Counted from the stretch's first letter, positions 44,401 to 56,766 are shown. The stretch: DNA of 64,000 nt from an uncultured delta proteobacterium (GCA_963815115.1 CAWFFN010000005.1:960001-1024000), one strand, 5' to 3'. Translations and numbers: made by a program. Notes: a model not told the origin generated them from the letters alone.

Positions 44401-45855
44401 ATGGGCGACCGCATGACCGCGCTGGACGCGGCGTTCTACCATCTCGAGCGCACCGGCCAGCTGCTGCACGTCGGCGGCATCTACACCGTCGCCGGCGCGC
44501 TCGACTACGAGCGCACGCTGGCCGACCTCTCGGCTCGCATGCACCTCATCCCGCGCTACACGCAGCGCGTGGTGCCGGTGCCGCTGAACCTGGGCCATCC
44601 CACCTGGGAGCCCGCCCGCGGGTTCGACATTCGCCTGCACGTCGTCCGGCACGCGCTGCGGCGCCCGGGCGACGACGAGCAGCTCCGGAGCCTCGCGAGC
44701 CGGCTCTTCGCCGAGCCGCTGGTTCGCTCGCGGCCGCTGTGGGAGCTGCACCAGATCGACGGCTATCGCGGCGATCGCAGCGCCATCCTGGCCAAGGTGC
44801 ACCACTGCATGATCGACGGCGTGAGCGGCGTGCAGCTCCTCGGCGTGATGTTCGATCCTTCGCCCAGCCCGGCGCCGCCGCCGCCGGCGCCCGAGGCGAC
44901 CCCGGTACCACCGCTGCCGACGCGATCGGCGCAGGCCTGGCGCGCGCTGGCCGACGGTGCGGCAACCTCCGTCGAGGGCCTGCGCGGGCTCGGCGGGCTG
45001 CTCCGCCATCCCGCCGAGGGGTGGGAGGAGGTGCGCACGACCCTGACCGGGATCGGCGAGCTCGTGCGCCTCGCGCTCGCGCCGATCCCGCACACGCCCT
45101 TCAACGGCTTCGTCGGGACGCTGCGGCGGATCGAATGGGCCACCTTCGATCTCAACCAGGTGAAGGCGATCAAGAACCGGCTCGGCGGCACGGTGAACGA
45201 CGTCATCCTGGCCACGATCAGCGGGGCGCTGCGGCGCTACCTGGAAGGCCGCGGCGTGAATCCCGATCGTGTCGAGCTGCGCGCCATGTGCCCGGTGAAC
45301 CTGCGCACCGCCGCCGAGCACCTGAAGCTCGGCAACCGCGTCTCCGCCCTGATGGCGCCGCTGCCCGTCGGCATCTTCGATCCGCTGGAGCGCCTGCGCC
45401 AGGTGCGGGCCGCCATGGAGCAGCTCAAGCGCTCCGGCGAGTCGCTTCGCATGAGCCGGATGATGGACCTGCTCAGCTACGTCCCGGTGCCGTTGCAACA
45501 CCAGCTCGGCTGGGTGCAGAGCGCGCCGCCGGTCAACACCATCTGCACGAACGTCCCCGGGCCGCCGGTGTCGCTCTACTTCCAGGGTCGACGCCTCGAT
45601 ACGATGGTGCCGATCGTGCCCCTCGCCCAGGGTGTCGGACTCGCCTTCGCCATCCTGAGCTATGCCGACACCATCACCATCGGGGCGAATCTCGACCCCG
45701 GCCTGATCAGCGATGGCGAGCGCATCAGCGCCGCGCTGCGTGCCTGCCTCGACGAGCTGCGTGCGCTGGCGGGCGTCGAGCCGATCGCTCGCCGGGATCC
45801 GGTCCGTTCCGAACGGCAGCGCCGCGCCGACGCGGTCCCGAGCCAGGTGGCGTGA
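44401..45855 (+). CDS. wax ester/triacylglycerol synthase (WS/DGAT) O-acyltransferase
   Basis: Motifs MTALDAAF, RPLWELH, catalytic HHCMIDG, GTVNDV, GNRVS, TNVPGP. Confidence 0.93.
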   Translation: MGDRMTALDAAFYHLERTGQLLHVGGIYTVAGALDYERTLADLSARMHLIPRYTQRVVPVPLNLGHPTWEPARGFDIRLHVVRHALRRPGDDEQLRSLASRLFAEPLVRSRPLWELHQIDGYRGDRSAILAKVHHCMIDGVSGVQLLGVMFDPSPSPAPPPPAPEATPVPPLPTRSAQAWRALADGAATSVEGLRGLGGLLRHPAEGWEEVRTTLTGIGELVRLALAPIPHTPFNGFVGTLRRIEWATFDLNQVKAIKNRLGGTVNDVILATISGALRRYLEGRGVNPDRVELRAMCPVNLRTAAEHLKLGNRVSALMAPLPVGIFDPLERLRQVRAAMEQLKRSGESLRMSRMMDLLSYVPVPLQHQLGWVQSAPPVNTICTNVPGPPVSLYFQGRRLDTMVPIVPLAQGVGLAFAILSYADTITIGANLDPGLISDGERISAALRACLDELRALAGVEPIARRDPVRSERQRRADAVPSQVA

Positions 45856-46631
45856 GCGAGTTCGACGTCGTCGCCTTCGCGGCCCTGGGCTGGGAGGCAC
45901 GCGCGGTGCTCGCCGGGCTGCGCGACGTCCGCCCGGCGGATGGGCCACGGCGCTGGTGCGGGGGGCTCCCCGACGGCGGGACCTGCCTGGTGGTGCAGAC
46001 CGGGATGGGATCGGCTCGGGCCGCGGCGGCGGCGCGTGCCGTCCCGTCGGCGGACGCCTTCCTGTCGCTCGGCTGTGGCGGCGGCCTGGTGCCGTGGCTG
46101 CGCACGGGCGACGTGGTCGTTGCCACCGAGGTGGTCCAGCTCGATGGGTGGTGTCGCCCCGAGGCACGGGCGGCGGCGGTCGTGCCGCGCATCGACCTGG
46201 GAGCGCACGAGGGTGCGGTGGCGTCGAGTCCCGGCGTGCTGCTGACCATCGCCGAGAAGACGGCAGCGGCCGGGTGCGGCGCGCTCCTGGTCGACATGGA
46301 GAGCTGGACGTTCGCCGACGAGGCGGAGCGTCGCGGGGTTCCCTTCGCCGCCGTGCGCGTGGTGCTCGACGGCGTCACCGACGAGCTGCCGGCGCTCTCC
46401 GACGCGATCGACGCCGCCACCGGCGACATCGATCTCTGGCGGGTGGCACGCGCCCTCGTGCCGAGGCCGTGGAGCTGGCCCGCGGTTCTGCACATCGCGC
46501 GCCAGCAATGGGAGGCCGAGCGGCGGCTGAAGGAAGCCGTCACGGTGCTGCTGAGCTGCCACCCTTCCAGGTGGAGCGCCGAGGACGCCGGGGGTCACCG
46601 CCATCCCGTGGTACGAGGCCGACCGGGGTGA
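45852..46631 (+). CDS. nucleoside phosphorylase/nucleosidase family protein (HpnG-like)
   Basis: Motifs ALGWEAR, TGMG, LSLGCGGGL..LRTGDVVV, VDMES, PFAAVRVVLD. GTG start overlaps the WS/DGAT stop. Confidence 0.8.
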   Translation: MSEFDVVAFAALGWEARAVLAGLRDVRPADGPRRWCGGLPDGGTCLVVQTGMGSARAAAAARAVPSADAFLSLGCGGGLVPWLRTGDVVVATEVVQLDGWCRPEARAAAVVPRIDLGAHEGAVASSPGVLLTIAEKTAAAGCGALLVDMESWTFADEAERRGVPFAAVRVVLDGVTDELPALSDAIDAATGDIDLWRVARALVPRPWSWPAVLHIARQQWEAERRLKEAVTVLLSCHPSRWSAEDAGGHRHPVVRGRPG

Positions 46632-46674
46632 AGGCGCTGCACCCGCGCGGCACGAGCCTCGGCAGGAGGACCCC

Positions 46675-47240
46675 ATGGCCGACGACGACGGACACATGCA
46701 CTTCCGGCGCATGGACCAGGGCACCGACGCGGACTTCGCCGTGCTGGCACGGGTGCACGGGACCAACATCCGCAAGCTACCTGATCTGCTCATGGGACTG
46801 CTGACGAATCTGCGAGCCGACGAAGCCTTTCCGGTGGATAGGCTGCAGCACAGCCTGCAGGCTGCCACGCGCGCGCTGCGCGACAAACGGGACGAGGAAT
46901 ACGTCGTCTGCGCGCTCCTGCACGACATCGGCGAGTCACTCGGGCCGTTCAATCACGGCGAGGTCGTGGCGGCGGTCCTCAAGCCCTTCGTCTCCGAGGC
47001 GAACCACTGGATGCTCGAGCACCATCCGGTCTTCCAGGTGTACTTCTACGGCAGCCATCTCGGGGTCGATCCCAACGCGCGCGAGCGCTATCGAGACGAC
47101 CCGCACTTCGAACGCGCAGCCGAGTTCTGCGCGCTCTACGACGAGATCCGTTCGACCCCGCCTATCGGTCCGAGCCGATGTCGACGTTCGAGCCGATGGT
47201 GCGCCGTGTGCTGCACCGCGACTGGACGCCCCCGCAGTAG
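46675..47240 (+). CDS. HD-domain metalloprotein, apparent -1 frameshift at ~47149
   Basis: Motifs RLQHSLQAAT, CALLHDIG, NHGE, HHPVFQ. The family-type tail FDPAYRSEPMSTFEPMVRRVL...stop(47240) lies in another frame. Confidence 0.8.
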
Positions 47241-47290
47241 GTGATCATCGTCCCCGGGATCCTCGTCGCCATCGAGGCGAGTCGGCGCGC

Positions 47291-47659
47291 CTAGGCGTGC
47301 GGCCCTCTCGGGGCCACGAGTGCGACCACGATGCCCGCCACGAGCATGGTGAAGGCGAAGAGGTGGAACTCGGCGTGCATCCACCACTCGGCGGCGAACA
47401 CGGCGGCTCCCGCGGCCGCGAGCGTGAGGGCCAGCGCGACGACGGGGAGCCGGAGCACGCCGAGCGTCGCCGCGGCGAGCGCGATGCCCGCCGCCACGAG
47501 ACCGAGACCGGCCGCGTGCCAGCCGGCCAGTCCGCCGAAGAACTTCGGACCGTACGGGTAGAGCCGCACGCCGACGACCTCGTGGACGACGCCGATGTAG
47601 GCGAGGAGAGTCGAGCCCGCGAAGGCGAGCGCCTGGCGGCGGGAAACCATGACGCTCAT
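47291..47659 (-). CDS. small 4-TM membrane protein
   Basis: Four hydrophobic segments with His residues (VVHEVVG, WHAAG, HAEFH). Lies downstream of the GbsR gene. Confidence 0.7.
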   Translation of the reverse strand: MSVMVSRRQALAFAGSTLLAYIGVVHEVVGVRLYPYGPKFFGGLAGWHAAGLGLVAAGIALAAATLGVLRLPVVALALTLAAAGAAVFAAEWWMHAEFHLFAFTMLVAGIVVALVAPRGPHA

Positions 47660-47699
47660 CGCCGTGCTGGCACCGTTGCGAGCAGGCGCCCGACCATGA

Positions 47700-48239
47700 C
47701 TAGGCCCTCCGCCCGGCGCGGGCGACCGGCATCGGCAGCACGTTCTGCAGGGTCGCGGGGCTGAACGGCTGCCCCTGGTTGATGGCGCTGATGGCGGCGT
47801 CGAGCACGGAGAAGAAGGTGAGCAGGGTGTCGAGCCGCGCGCCGAGGAAGGTACGCCCGGCCTTGCTGCCACCGGAGGCGGCGCCGAGCGCGCGTTTGGT
47901 CTCGGTCGCCGTGGCCATCACCTGGCGAACGTTCCAGCGGAAGCGGCGCTCCATGACCTCCTGCATCACGCGCCAGAGATTGCTCGCAGCCTCGTAGTGA
48001 TCCTTGCGCGAGCCGGGGACCCGGACCCGACGGACGAGGTGCCAGTCGACGAGCCCGCGGATGTTGACGGAGATGTTGCTCTTGCTCTGCCCGAGCGCGC
48101 TGGCGATCTCCTCGAGAGCCAGGGGTTCCTCGTGAAGATAGAGGAGGGCGAAGATCCTCCCCTCGAGCTGGGTGAGGATGCCCGAGGTGGCGGCTGCCGC
48201 CCCCATGCCGTCGACGAAGATCGCAACCGCGTGCTCCAT
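47700..48239 (-). CDS. GbsR/MarR-family transcriptional regulator
   Basis: GRIFALLYL.EEPLALEEIASALGQSKSNIS...GSRKDHYEA. Confidence 0.9.
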   Translation of the reverse strand: MEHAVAIFVDGMGAAAATSGILTQLEGRIFALLYLHEEPLALEEIASALGQSKSNISVNIRGLVDWHLVRRVRVPGSRKDHYEAASNLWRVMQEVMERRFRWNVRQVMATATETKRALGAASGGSKAGRTFLGARLDTLLTFFSVLDAAISAINQGQPFSPATLQNVLPMPVARAGRRA

Positions 48240-48254
48240 GACCAACCGTTGCGA

Positions 48255-48284
48255 ACGTTTAGATACTTCTGAACGTCAAGTCAA
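48255..48284 (-). promoter_or_regulatory. promoter with overlapping palindromic operator for the GbsR-family gene
   Basis: ACGTTTAGA-TACT-TCTGAACGT (8/9 inverted repeat) overlaps minus-strand TTGACT-N17-TAAACG in an AT-rich patch. Confidence 0.6.
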
Positions 48285-48364
48285 TCTCGGGCGCCCGGCA
48301 GCCGCACGGCGGACCCGCGCCGGCCTTTGCACGTGGGGGCGCACCCGGGTACGACGCGGGACGG

Positions 48365-51151
48365 ATGAGAGAGCGTGCGCTGCTGGCGCTGTCGTCGCGG
48401 CAGACGCAGTGGGTCGGTCTCGAAGCCGTCGCGATCGCGGCCGACCTCGGCGACGAGCTGCTGCGCGAACTCGCGCTCGAGGTCGTGACCATCACGCTGG
48501 CGGCGCCGGACGTCCAGGTCACGCGCGGCCAGATCCGGGACGCCACGAACTCACCGGTCGAGTACCGCGTCTCGCTGGGCCGCGACGGCCAGCTCGGTAC
48601 GCTCGCAGCCGCGGCGTGCCGCGCGAGCTTCCCGGACGCGGAGGAGCGGCTGGTGCTGGAGGTCGCCGCCCGCCAGCTGGCGGCCGCTCTCCTGTTCGCG
48701 CGCGAGGCGAGCCAGCGGCAGCAGGCCGAGCGCCGGCTCGCGACCCAGGACGCCGTCACCCGCGCGCTGGCCGAGTCGCGTACCCTGCGCGAGGCGGCGC
48801 CGCGCATCCTCGAGGCCGTGTGCGAGCACCTGGGCTGGGAGCTCGGCGGTCTGTGGCAGATGGACCACCAGGGCGGCGAGCTCCGCTGTGCCGACGTGTG
48901 GCGCCGGCCGTCACTCCGCGTGACCGCCTTCGAGGAGATGAGCCGGCGGCTCACCTTCCGCTCGGGCGTCGGTCTCCCGGGACGCGTCTGGTTCGCCCGG
49001 GGCCCCGCGTGGATACCCGACGTCGCCATCGATTCCAATTTCCCGCGTGCACTTGCCGCGCGGGAGGGCGGCCTGCACGGCGCGCTGGGCTTCCCGATTC
49101 TGCTCAACGGCGAGGTGCTCGGTGTGCTCGAATTCTTCAGCCGCGAGATCCGCCAGCCGGACGAGGACCTGCTCGAGATGCTGACCGCGATCGGCAGCCA
49201 GATCGGGCAATTCCTGGAGCGCACGCGGGCCGAGGAGGCGTCGATCGCGAGCGAGCAGCGCTTCTCGCGCTTTGCCCACCATCTGCCCGGCCTGGTCTGG
49301 ATCAAGGACCTGGAAGGGCGCTATCGCTATGCCAACGACGCCGCGCTGCTGGCCTTTCGCACCACGCGCGAGGCGCTCTACGGCTGCCGAGACGGCGACA
49401 TCTTCCCGCCCGAAACCGCCGCGCAGTTCCGGGAGAACGACGAGCTGGCGCTCGCCGGCGGAACGGGCGTGCAGACCATCGAACGGCTCGAGCACGACGA
49501 CGGCCTCGTCCATCACTCGATCGTGGCGAAGTTTCCGATCAAGAGCGGGGCCGGCGCGCCGATGCTCGTCGGCGGCATCGCCATCGACGTCACCGATCGG
49601 CTGCGCGCCGAGGAGGCGCTGCGCCGGAGCCAGGAACGGCTCGAGCTGGCCCAGCGCGCGGGGCGCATCGGGACGTTCGAATGGACCATCCCGACCGGCG
49701 AGGTGACGTGGACCGAAGCCGAGGAGGCGCTCTACGGACTCACCCCCGGCGCCTTCGGCGGCCGCTACGAGAACTGGCTGCAGGCGGTGCATCCGGACGA
49801 CCGGAACCGGGCCCAGGGTGACGTGACCCGGGCCGTCGAGGAGCGTGCGCCGTTCGACACCGAGTTCCGCGTCATCTGGCCGGACGGCACCATCCGCCGG
49901 ATCGCCGCGAAGGGAACGGTCTTCTACGACGACGCGGGGCAGCCGCTCCGGATGCTCGGCATCAACATGGACGTGACCGAGCGCAAGGAAGCGGAGGAGG
50001 CGTTGCGGGAAGCCGATCGCCGCAAGGACGAGTTCCTCGCGATGCTGGCGCACGAGCTTCGCAACCCGCTCGCGCCCATTCGCGCCGGCCTTCACCTGCT
50101 CGGCGTCGTCGAGCAGGACGATCCCCGGTCCGCGCGGGTGCGCGAGATGCTCGACCGCCAGGTGCAGCACCTGGTCCGCCTCGTGGACGATCTGCTCGAG
50201 CTCTCCCGCATCTCCCGGGGCGACATCGAGCTGCGCCGCGAGCCCGTCGGGCTCGAGTCGGCGATCGCCGGCGCGATCGAGACCAGCCGTCCGCTGATCG
50301 ACGAGCGCGGCCACCGCCTCGTGGTCACGCTGCCCTCCGAGCCGCTGGTGCTGGACGCGGACCCGGTACGCCTTTCGCAGATCGTGGCGAACCTGCTGAA
50401 CAACGCTGCCCGCTACACCGATCCCGGCGGCCACATCACGCTCTCCGCCGAACGGCACGACGACGGGGTCTCCATCCACGTCGCCGACGACGGCGTCGGC
50501 ATCCCGCCGGAGATGCGATCGCGGGTCTTCGAACCCTTCACCCGGGTCGATCGTTCGTCGTCGCGTTCGCACAGCGGCCTCGGCATCGGTCTCGCGCTGG
50601 TGAAGACCCTGGTCGGGATGCACGGAGGGAGCGTGTCGGTGTACAGCGCCGGTTCGGGGAAGGGCAGCGAGTTCACCGTCCGGCTGCCGCTGGCGCGATC
50701 GGATGGAGCCGTCGGAGCGGCGCGCGACGGCGAGCCGCCCCGCGCGAGTGCCGGCCGCCGCATCCTCGTGGTCGACGACAACCGGGATGCCGCCGAGACC
50801 CTCGCCCTGCTGCTCGAGACCATGGGGCACGAGGTACGCGTCGCTCATGCCGGCGAGGACTGCCTCGTCGTGATGCGCGCATTCGCGCCGGTGGTCGTCC
50901 TGCTCGACATCGGCATGCCCGACATGGACGGCTACGAGGTCGCGCGGCGGATCCGCGACGAGGAAGGCTCCGGGCGTGCCGTCCTGGTCGCGATCACCGG
51001 CTGGGGGCAGGATGACGATCGCCGGCGGGCCAGGGAAGCGGGCTTCGACCATCATCTGACCAAGCCCGTCGATCCCGCCCAGTTGCAGAGGCTGCTGGCG
51101 GCCGGGGAGCCGACGGACTTCCGCGACGCGGAGCGCCCCGTCTCGCGCTGA
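48365..51151 (+). CDS. hybrid sensor histidine kinase (GAF-PAS-PAS-HisKA-HATPase-REC)
   Basis: GAF (GLPGRVW), PAS domains, FLAMLAHELRNPL, NLLNNAARYT, DDGVGI, GLGIGL, REC (ILVVDDN...LLDIGMP...TKP). Confidence 0.93.
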   Translation: MRERALLALSSRQTQWVGLEAVAIAADLGDELLRELALEVVTITLAAPDVQVTRGQIRDATNSPVEYRVSLGRDGQLGTLAAAACRASFPDAEERLVLEVAARQLAAALLFAREASQRQQAERRLATQDAVTRALAESRTLREAAPRILEAVCEHLGWELGGLWQMDHQGGELRCADVWRRPSLRVTAFEEMSRRLTFRSGVGLPGRVWFARGPAWIPDVAIDSNFPRALAAREGGLHGALGFPILLNGEVLGVLEFFSREIRQPDEDLLEMLTAIGSQIGQFLERTRAEEASIASEQRFSRFAHHLPGLVWIKDLEGRYRYANDAALLAFRTTREALYGCRDGDIFPPETAAQFRENDELALAGGTGVQTIERLEHDDGLVHHSIVAKFPIKSGAGAPMLVGGIAIDVTDRLRAEEALRRSQERLELAQRAGRIGTFEWTIPTGEVTWTEAEEALYGLTPGAFGGRYENWLQAVHPDDRNRAQGDVTRAVEERAPFDTEFRVIWPDGTIRRIAAKGTVFYDDAGQPLRMLGINMDVTERKEAEEALREADRRKDEFLAMLAHELRNPLAPIRAGLHLLGVVEQDDPRSARVREMLDRQVQHLVRLVDDLLELSRISRGDIELRREPVGLESAIAGAIETSRPLIDERGHRLVVTLPSEPLVLDADPVRLSQIVANLLNNAARYTDPGGHITLSAERHDDGVSIHVADDGVGIPPEMRSRVFEPFTRVDRSSSRSHSGLGIGLALVKTLVGMHGGSVSVYSAGSGKGSEFTVRLPLARSDGAVGAARDGEPPRASAGRRILVVDDNRDAAETLALLLETMGHEVRVAHAGEDCLVVMRAFAPVVVLLDIGMPDMDGYEVARRIRDEEGSGRAVLVAITGWGQDDDRRRAREAGFDHHLTKPVDPAQLQRLLAAGEPTDFRDAERPVSR

Positions 51152-51160
51152 CGCGCGGGC

Positions 51161-51937
51161 TCAGGTCGCGCCCTGCCGCCGGAACGGCAGCACCAGCGCG
51201 CGTTGCAGGGGGACCGTCTCGAGGCCGGGCAGGCCGGTCTGGATCTCGGCCGCCGAGTCGCTGTGGAGATAGGTTCCGAACAGCCGATCCCACGCGGAGA
51301 AGACGGTCCCGAAGTTCGAGTTGCGGGCCGGCCCGACCCGGGCGTGATGCCGGCGGTGCAGCGCCGGCGTCACCAGCAGTCGCCCGAGCATCCGTTCGAC
51401 GCCACGGGGCGCGTCGATGTCGCCATGCTCGATGAGGTTGGCGAAGCCGAAGACGACCTCGAAGAGCAGCACCGCCTGGGCCGAGGCGCCGACGAGGGCG
51501 ACCGCGGCGACCCGCACCGGAAGGGAGAGGAGAAGCTCGCCGGGATGGAAGCGTACCCCCGTGGAGACGGTGAAGGTCGGGTCGGAGTGGTGCACCTGGT
51601 GAAACAGCCAGAGCAGCGGTACGCGATGATTCGCCATGTGCCAGCCGTAGGAGACGAGATCGAGGAGCAGGAGCGAAGCGGGGATCGTTGCCCAGACGGG
51701 TAGCGCGACCCCGTTCAGGAGACCGAACCCCGCTCCCTTCGCCCAGCGGGCCGCGGTGAAGCTGCATGCCCCGCACACCATGCCGACCACGACCAGGGCG
51801 AGGAGCCACACCGCTCCGTTGACCTGCCAGCTTCCGCGCACGCGGGCATGCGGCGAGACGCGTTGCAGCAGGGCCGCCACCAGCATGGCCACGACGAACG
51901 CCGCGCCGCGCACCGCCTGGAGCTGCCCGTCCGACAC
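51161..51937 (-). CDS. sterol desaturase/fatty acid hydroxylase family protein
   Basis: His boxes HMANHR, HQVHHS, HRRHH, plus NSNFG..FSAWDRLFGT. Confidence 0.9.
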   Translation of the reverse strand: MSDGQLQAVRGAAFVVAMLVAALLQRVSPHARVRGSWQVNGAVWLLALVVVGMVCGACSFTAARWAKGAGFGLLNGVALPVWATIPASLLLLDLVSYGWHMANHRVPLLWLFHQVHHSDPTFTVSTGVRFHPGELLLSLPVRVAAVALVGASAQAVLLFEVVFGFANLIEHGDIDAPRGVERMLGRLLVTPALHRRHHARVGPARNSNFGTVFSAWDRLFGTYLHSDSAAEIQTGLPGLETVPLQRALVLPFRRQGAT

Positions 51938-52101
51938 CGGGGCGAACGTAGCGTGCGGCGAGCGACCGTGCCAGCCGATCCCGTCACCGTTCCGGCTCGC
52001 GCACGGGGAAGGCGTGCCGGTGCATTTTCTGGCTTGTCTTCCATCGATGGCTGCTACAGAGTCGCAGCCATTCAACGTCCTTCGGTGGAGGGAGGCTTCC
52101 G

Positions 52102-53580
52102 ATGGCGCCGATCAGGGTCCGTGACCACGGTCTGATTGCCCTCTTGCCGCTGCTCTCCGTTCTGGGGATGTCCGCGCCGGTCGCCGCAGCCTCGCGACCG
52201 AACATCGTGTTCATCCTTGCCGACGACCAGCGCTGGGACACCATCGACAAGACGCACTCCGTCGACGGCAAGACGCCGGTGATGCAGAACGTGACGACGC
52301 TGCTCGTCAAGAAGGGCGTGCTCTTCCAGAACCACTTCGTCACCACCGCGCTGTGCGCCCCGAGCCGCTCGAGCATCCTCGCGGGCAAGTACGCTCACAC
52401 CACGGGCGTCCACTCGAACGGCGGGAGCGACGGCGGCGTGCAGGCGTTCGACGACTCGTCCACCGTGGCGGTCTGGCTGAAGGCCGCCGGCTATCGCACC
52501 GGTCTCTTCGGGAAGTACCTCAACGGCTACAACAAGATCGCGCCGTACCAGCCACCGGGGTGGGACGAGTGGCACGCCTTCAAGGCGCCCGGCTACTTCG
52601 GCTACCACCTCATCGAGAACGGCGTCGACGTACCGTACGGATCGGCCGAGACCGACTATTCCGCCGACGTGCTGCGCGACAAGGTCGTCGACTTCATCAC
52701 CACGGCGCGACAGCCGTTCTTCGTCGAGTTCACGCCCTACAATCCCCATGGGCCCGCGACGCCGGCGCCGCGCCACGTCGGCTCGTTCTCGGGCGTCCCG
52801 CCGTGGCGCCCGCCGAACTACGCGGAGCCCGACGCAACCGACAAGCCTGCATGGGTGCAGGCGATCACGTGGACGCAGCAGGACCAGCAGAGCACCGACA
52901 CCTTCCGCCAGAAGCAGCTCGAGTGCCTGCAGTCGGTGGACGAGGCGGTCGCGGCCATCGTGCAAGCGCTGGCGGCGCGCGGCGTGCTGGACAACACCCT
53001 CATCGTCTACTCGGCCGACAACGGCTACTCCTGGGGCTCGCATCGCTGGAAACCCAAGCAGTGCGAGTACGAGGAATGCATGCGCGACCCGCTGATCATC
53101 CGCTACGCACCGCTGGTGACGAAGGCGCGCAAGGAGAAGCGGATCACGCTCAACATCGACTTCGCCCAGACGTTCGCCGAGCTCGCCGGCGCGACGCCCG
53201 ATCCCGGGGTCGAGGGAGCGAGTCTCGTCCCCCTCCTCCGGAACAATGCGACCACCTGGCGCAGCGATCTTCTGAACGAGCACTGGGACGGGAACATCCC
53301 CGACTACGCCCAGGTGCGCGGCCTGTTCGCGAAGCCCGGGAAACCGGCCCACACCTGGAAGTACGCCGAGCTGGCGAGCGACGAGAAGGAGCTCTACAAC
53401 GAGGACACGGACTCCTTCGAGCTCGGCAACGTCGCCGGCAACTCGGGAAACGCCGCGTTGATCGCCATCATGGCGGCGCGCCTGCGCGCGCTCGATCCGG
53501 GCTGGCCGGAGACGGCGGTCTCGCGCGCGGACAACCCGGTCGGTGGCGGATCCGACCCCGACGATGGCGAGTTCGAGTAG
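52102..53580 (+). CDS. secreted Cys-type sulfatase (GlcNAc-6-sulfatase-like)
   Basis: Signal peptide, RPNIVFILADDQ, CAPSRSSILAG, GYRTGLFGKYLNGY, ADNG. Confidence 0.92.
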   Translation: MAPIRVRDHGLIALLPLLSVLGMSAPVAAASRPNIVFILADDQRWDTIDKTHSVDGKTPVMQNVTTLLVKKGVLFQNHFVTTALCAPSRSSILAGKYAHTTGVHSNGGSDGGVQAFDDSSTVAVWLKAAGYRTGLFGKYLNGYNKIAPYQPPGWDEWHAFKAPGYFGYHLIENGVDVPYGSAETDYSADVLRDKVVDFITTARQPFFVEFTPYNPHGPATPAPRHVGSFSGVPPWRPPNYAEPDATDKPAWVQAITWTQQDQQSTDTFRQKQLECLQSVDEAVAAIVQALAARGVLDNTLIVYSADNGYSWGSHRWKPKQCEYEECMRDPLIIRYAPLVTKARKEKRITLNIDFAQTFAELAGATPDPGVEGASLVPLLRNNATTWRSDLLNEHWDGNIPDYAQVRGLFAKPGKPAHTWKYAELASDEKELYNEDTDSFELGNVAGNSGNAALIAIMAARLRALDPGWPETAVSRADNPVGGGSDPDDGEFE

Positions 53581-53613
53581 CGCCGTCCCGTCGTCGCGAC
53601 CGGGGAGGATCGA

Positions 53614-54378
53614 TTGAGGAAGCGCACCCCGCGGGTGCTGCTCTACTACTGGCCCACGATCCAGGGGCGCGGCGAGTTCGTTCGCCTGCTTCTGGAGGAG
53701 GCGGGCGCGGACTACGTCGACGTCGCCCGCCGGAAGGGCGGCATGGCGGCGATGTCTCGCTTGATGGAGGGCGAGGAACGCGGCGCCCTGCCGTACGCGC
53801 CGCCGTTCGTGCGCGTGGGCGACGTGGTGGTCTCGCAGACCGCCAACATCGTCGCCTTCCTCGCGCCGCGCTTCGGCCTCGTTCCCCGCGACGAGGCGCT
53901 GCGCGCCGAGGCGAGCCAGATCCAGCTCACCATCGCCGACCTGGTCGCGGAGGCGCACGACACCCACCACCCGATCTCCGGCGCGCTGTACTACGAGGAC
54001 CAGAAGCGCGAGGCGAAGCGTCGGGCGAAGGACTTCGTCGAGGAGCGCATCCCGAGATATCTCGGCTGGCTCGAGCGGGTTCTCGCACGCAACCAGCAGA
54101 GCGCCGGGCGCTGGCTGGTGGGCAGGAATCGTACGTACGTCGACCTGTCGGCGTTTCAGATCGTGGAGGGGCTGCGCTACGCGTTTCCGAACGCCATGGT
54201 CCGCCACGAGGCCGAGATCCCGCGCCTCGTCGCCCTGCGCGATCGAGTGGCGGCGCGGCCGCGGATCGCGGCATACCTGCGCTCGAAGCGGCGCATCCCG
54301 TTCAACCAGCAGGGCATCTTCCGGCGCTATCCCGAGCTGGACGAGCCCGCCCCGAGGCGGGCCGGGCGGCGGCGGTAG
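53614..54378 (+). CDS. glutathione S-transferase
   Basis: LYYWPTIQGRGEFVRL, SQTANI, HDTHHP, YVDLSAFQ, GIFRRYPELD. Confidence 0.9.
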   Translation: MRKRTPRVLLYYWPTIQGRGEFVRLLLEEAGADYVDVARRKGGMAAMSRLMEGEERGALPYAPPFVRVGDVVVSQTANIVAFLAPRFGLVPRDEALRAEASQIQLTIADLVAEAHDTHHPISGALYYEDQKREAKRRAKDFVEERIPRYLGWLERVLARNQQSAGRWLVGRNRTYVDLSAFQIVEGLRYAFPNAMVRHEAEIPRLVALRDRVAARPRIAAYLRSKRRIPFNQQGIFRRYPELDEPAPRRAGRRR

Positions 54379-54477
54379 AACCGGCGGAGACTCCCCGGCG
54401 CGGACACGCCCGCACGTTCGCCTTGTCGCGGCGGACTGCTAAGATGTCGCGGCTCGACGAGGTGGAAGGGGAGGACG

Positions 54478-56763
<2,286 letters not shown>

Positions 56764-56766
56764 GGG

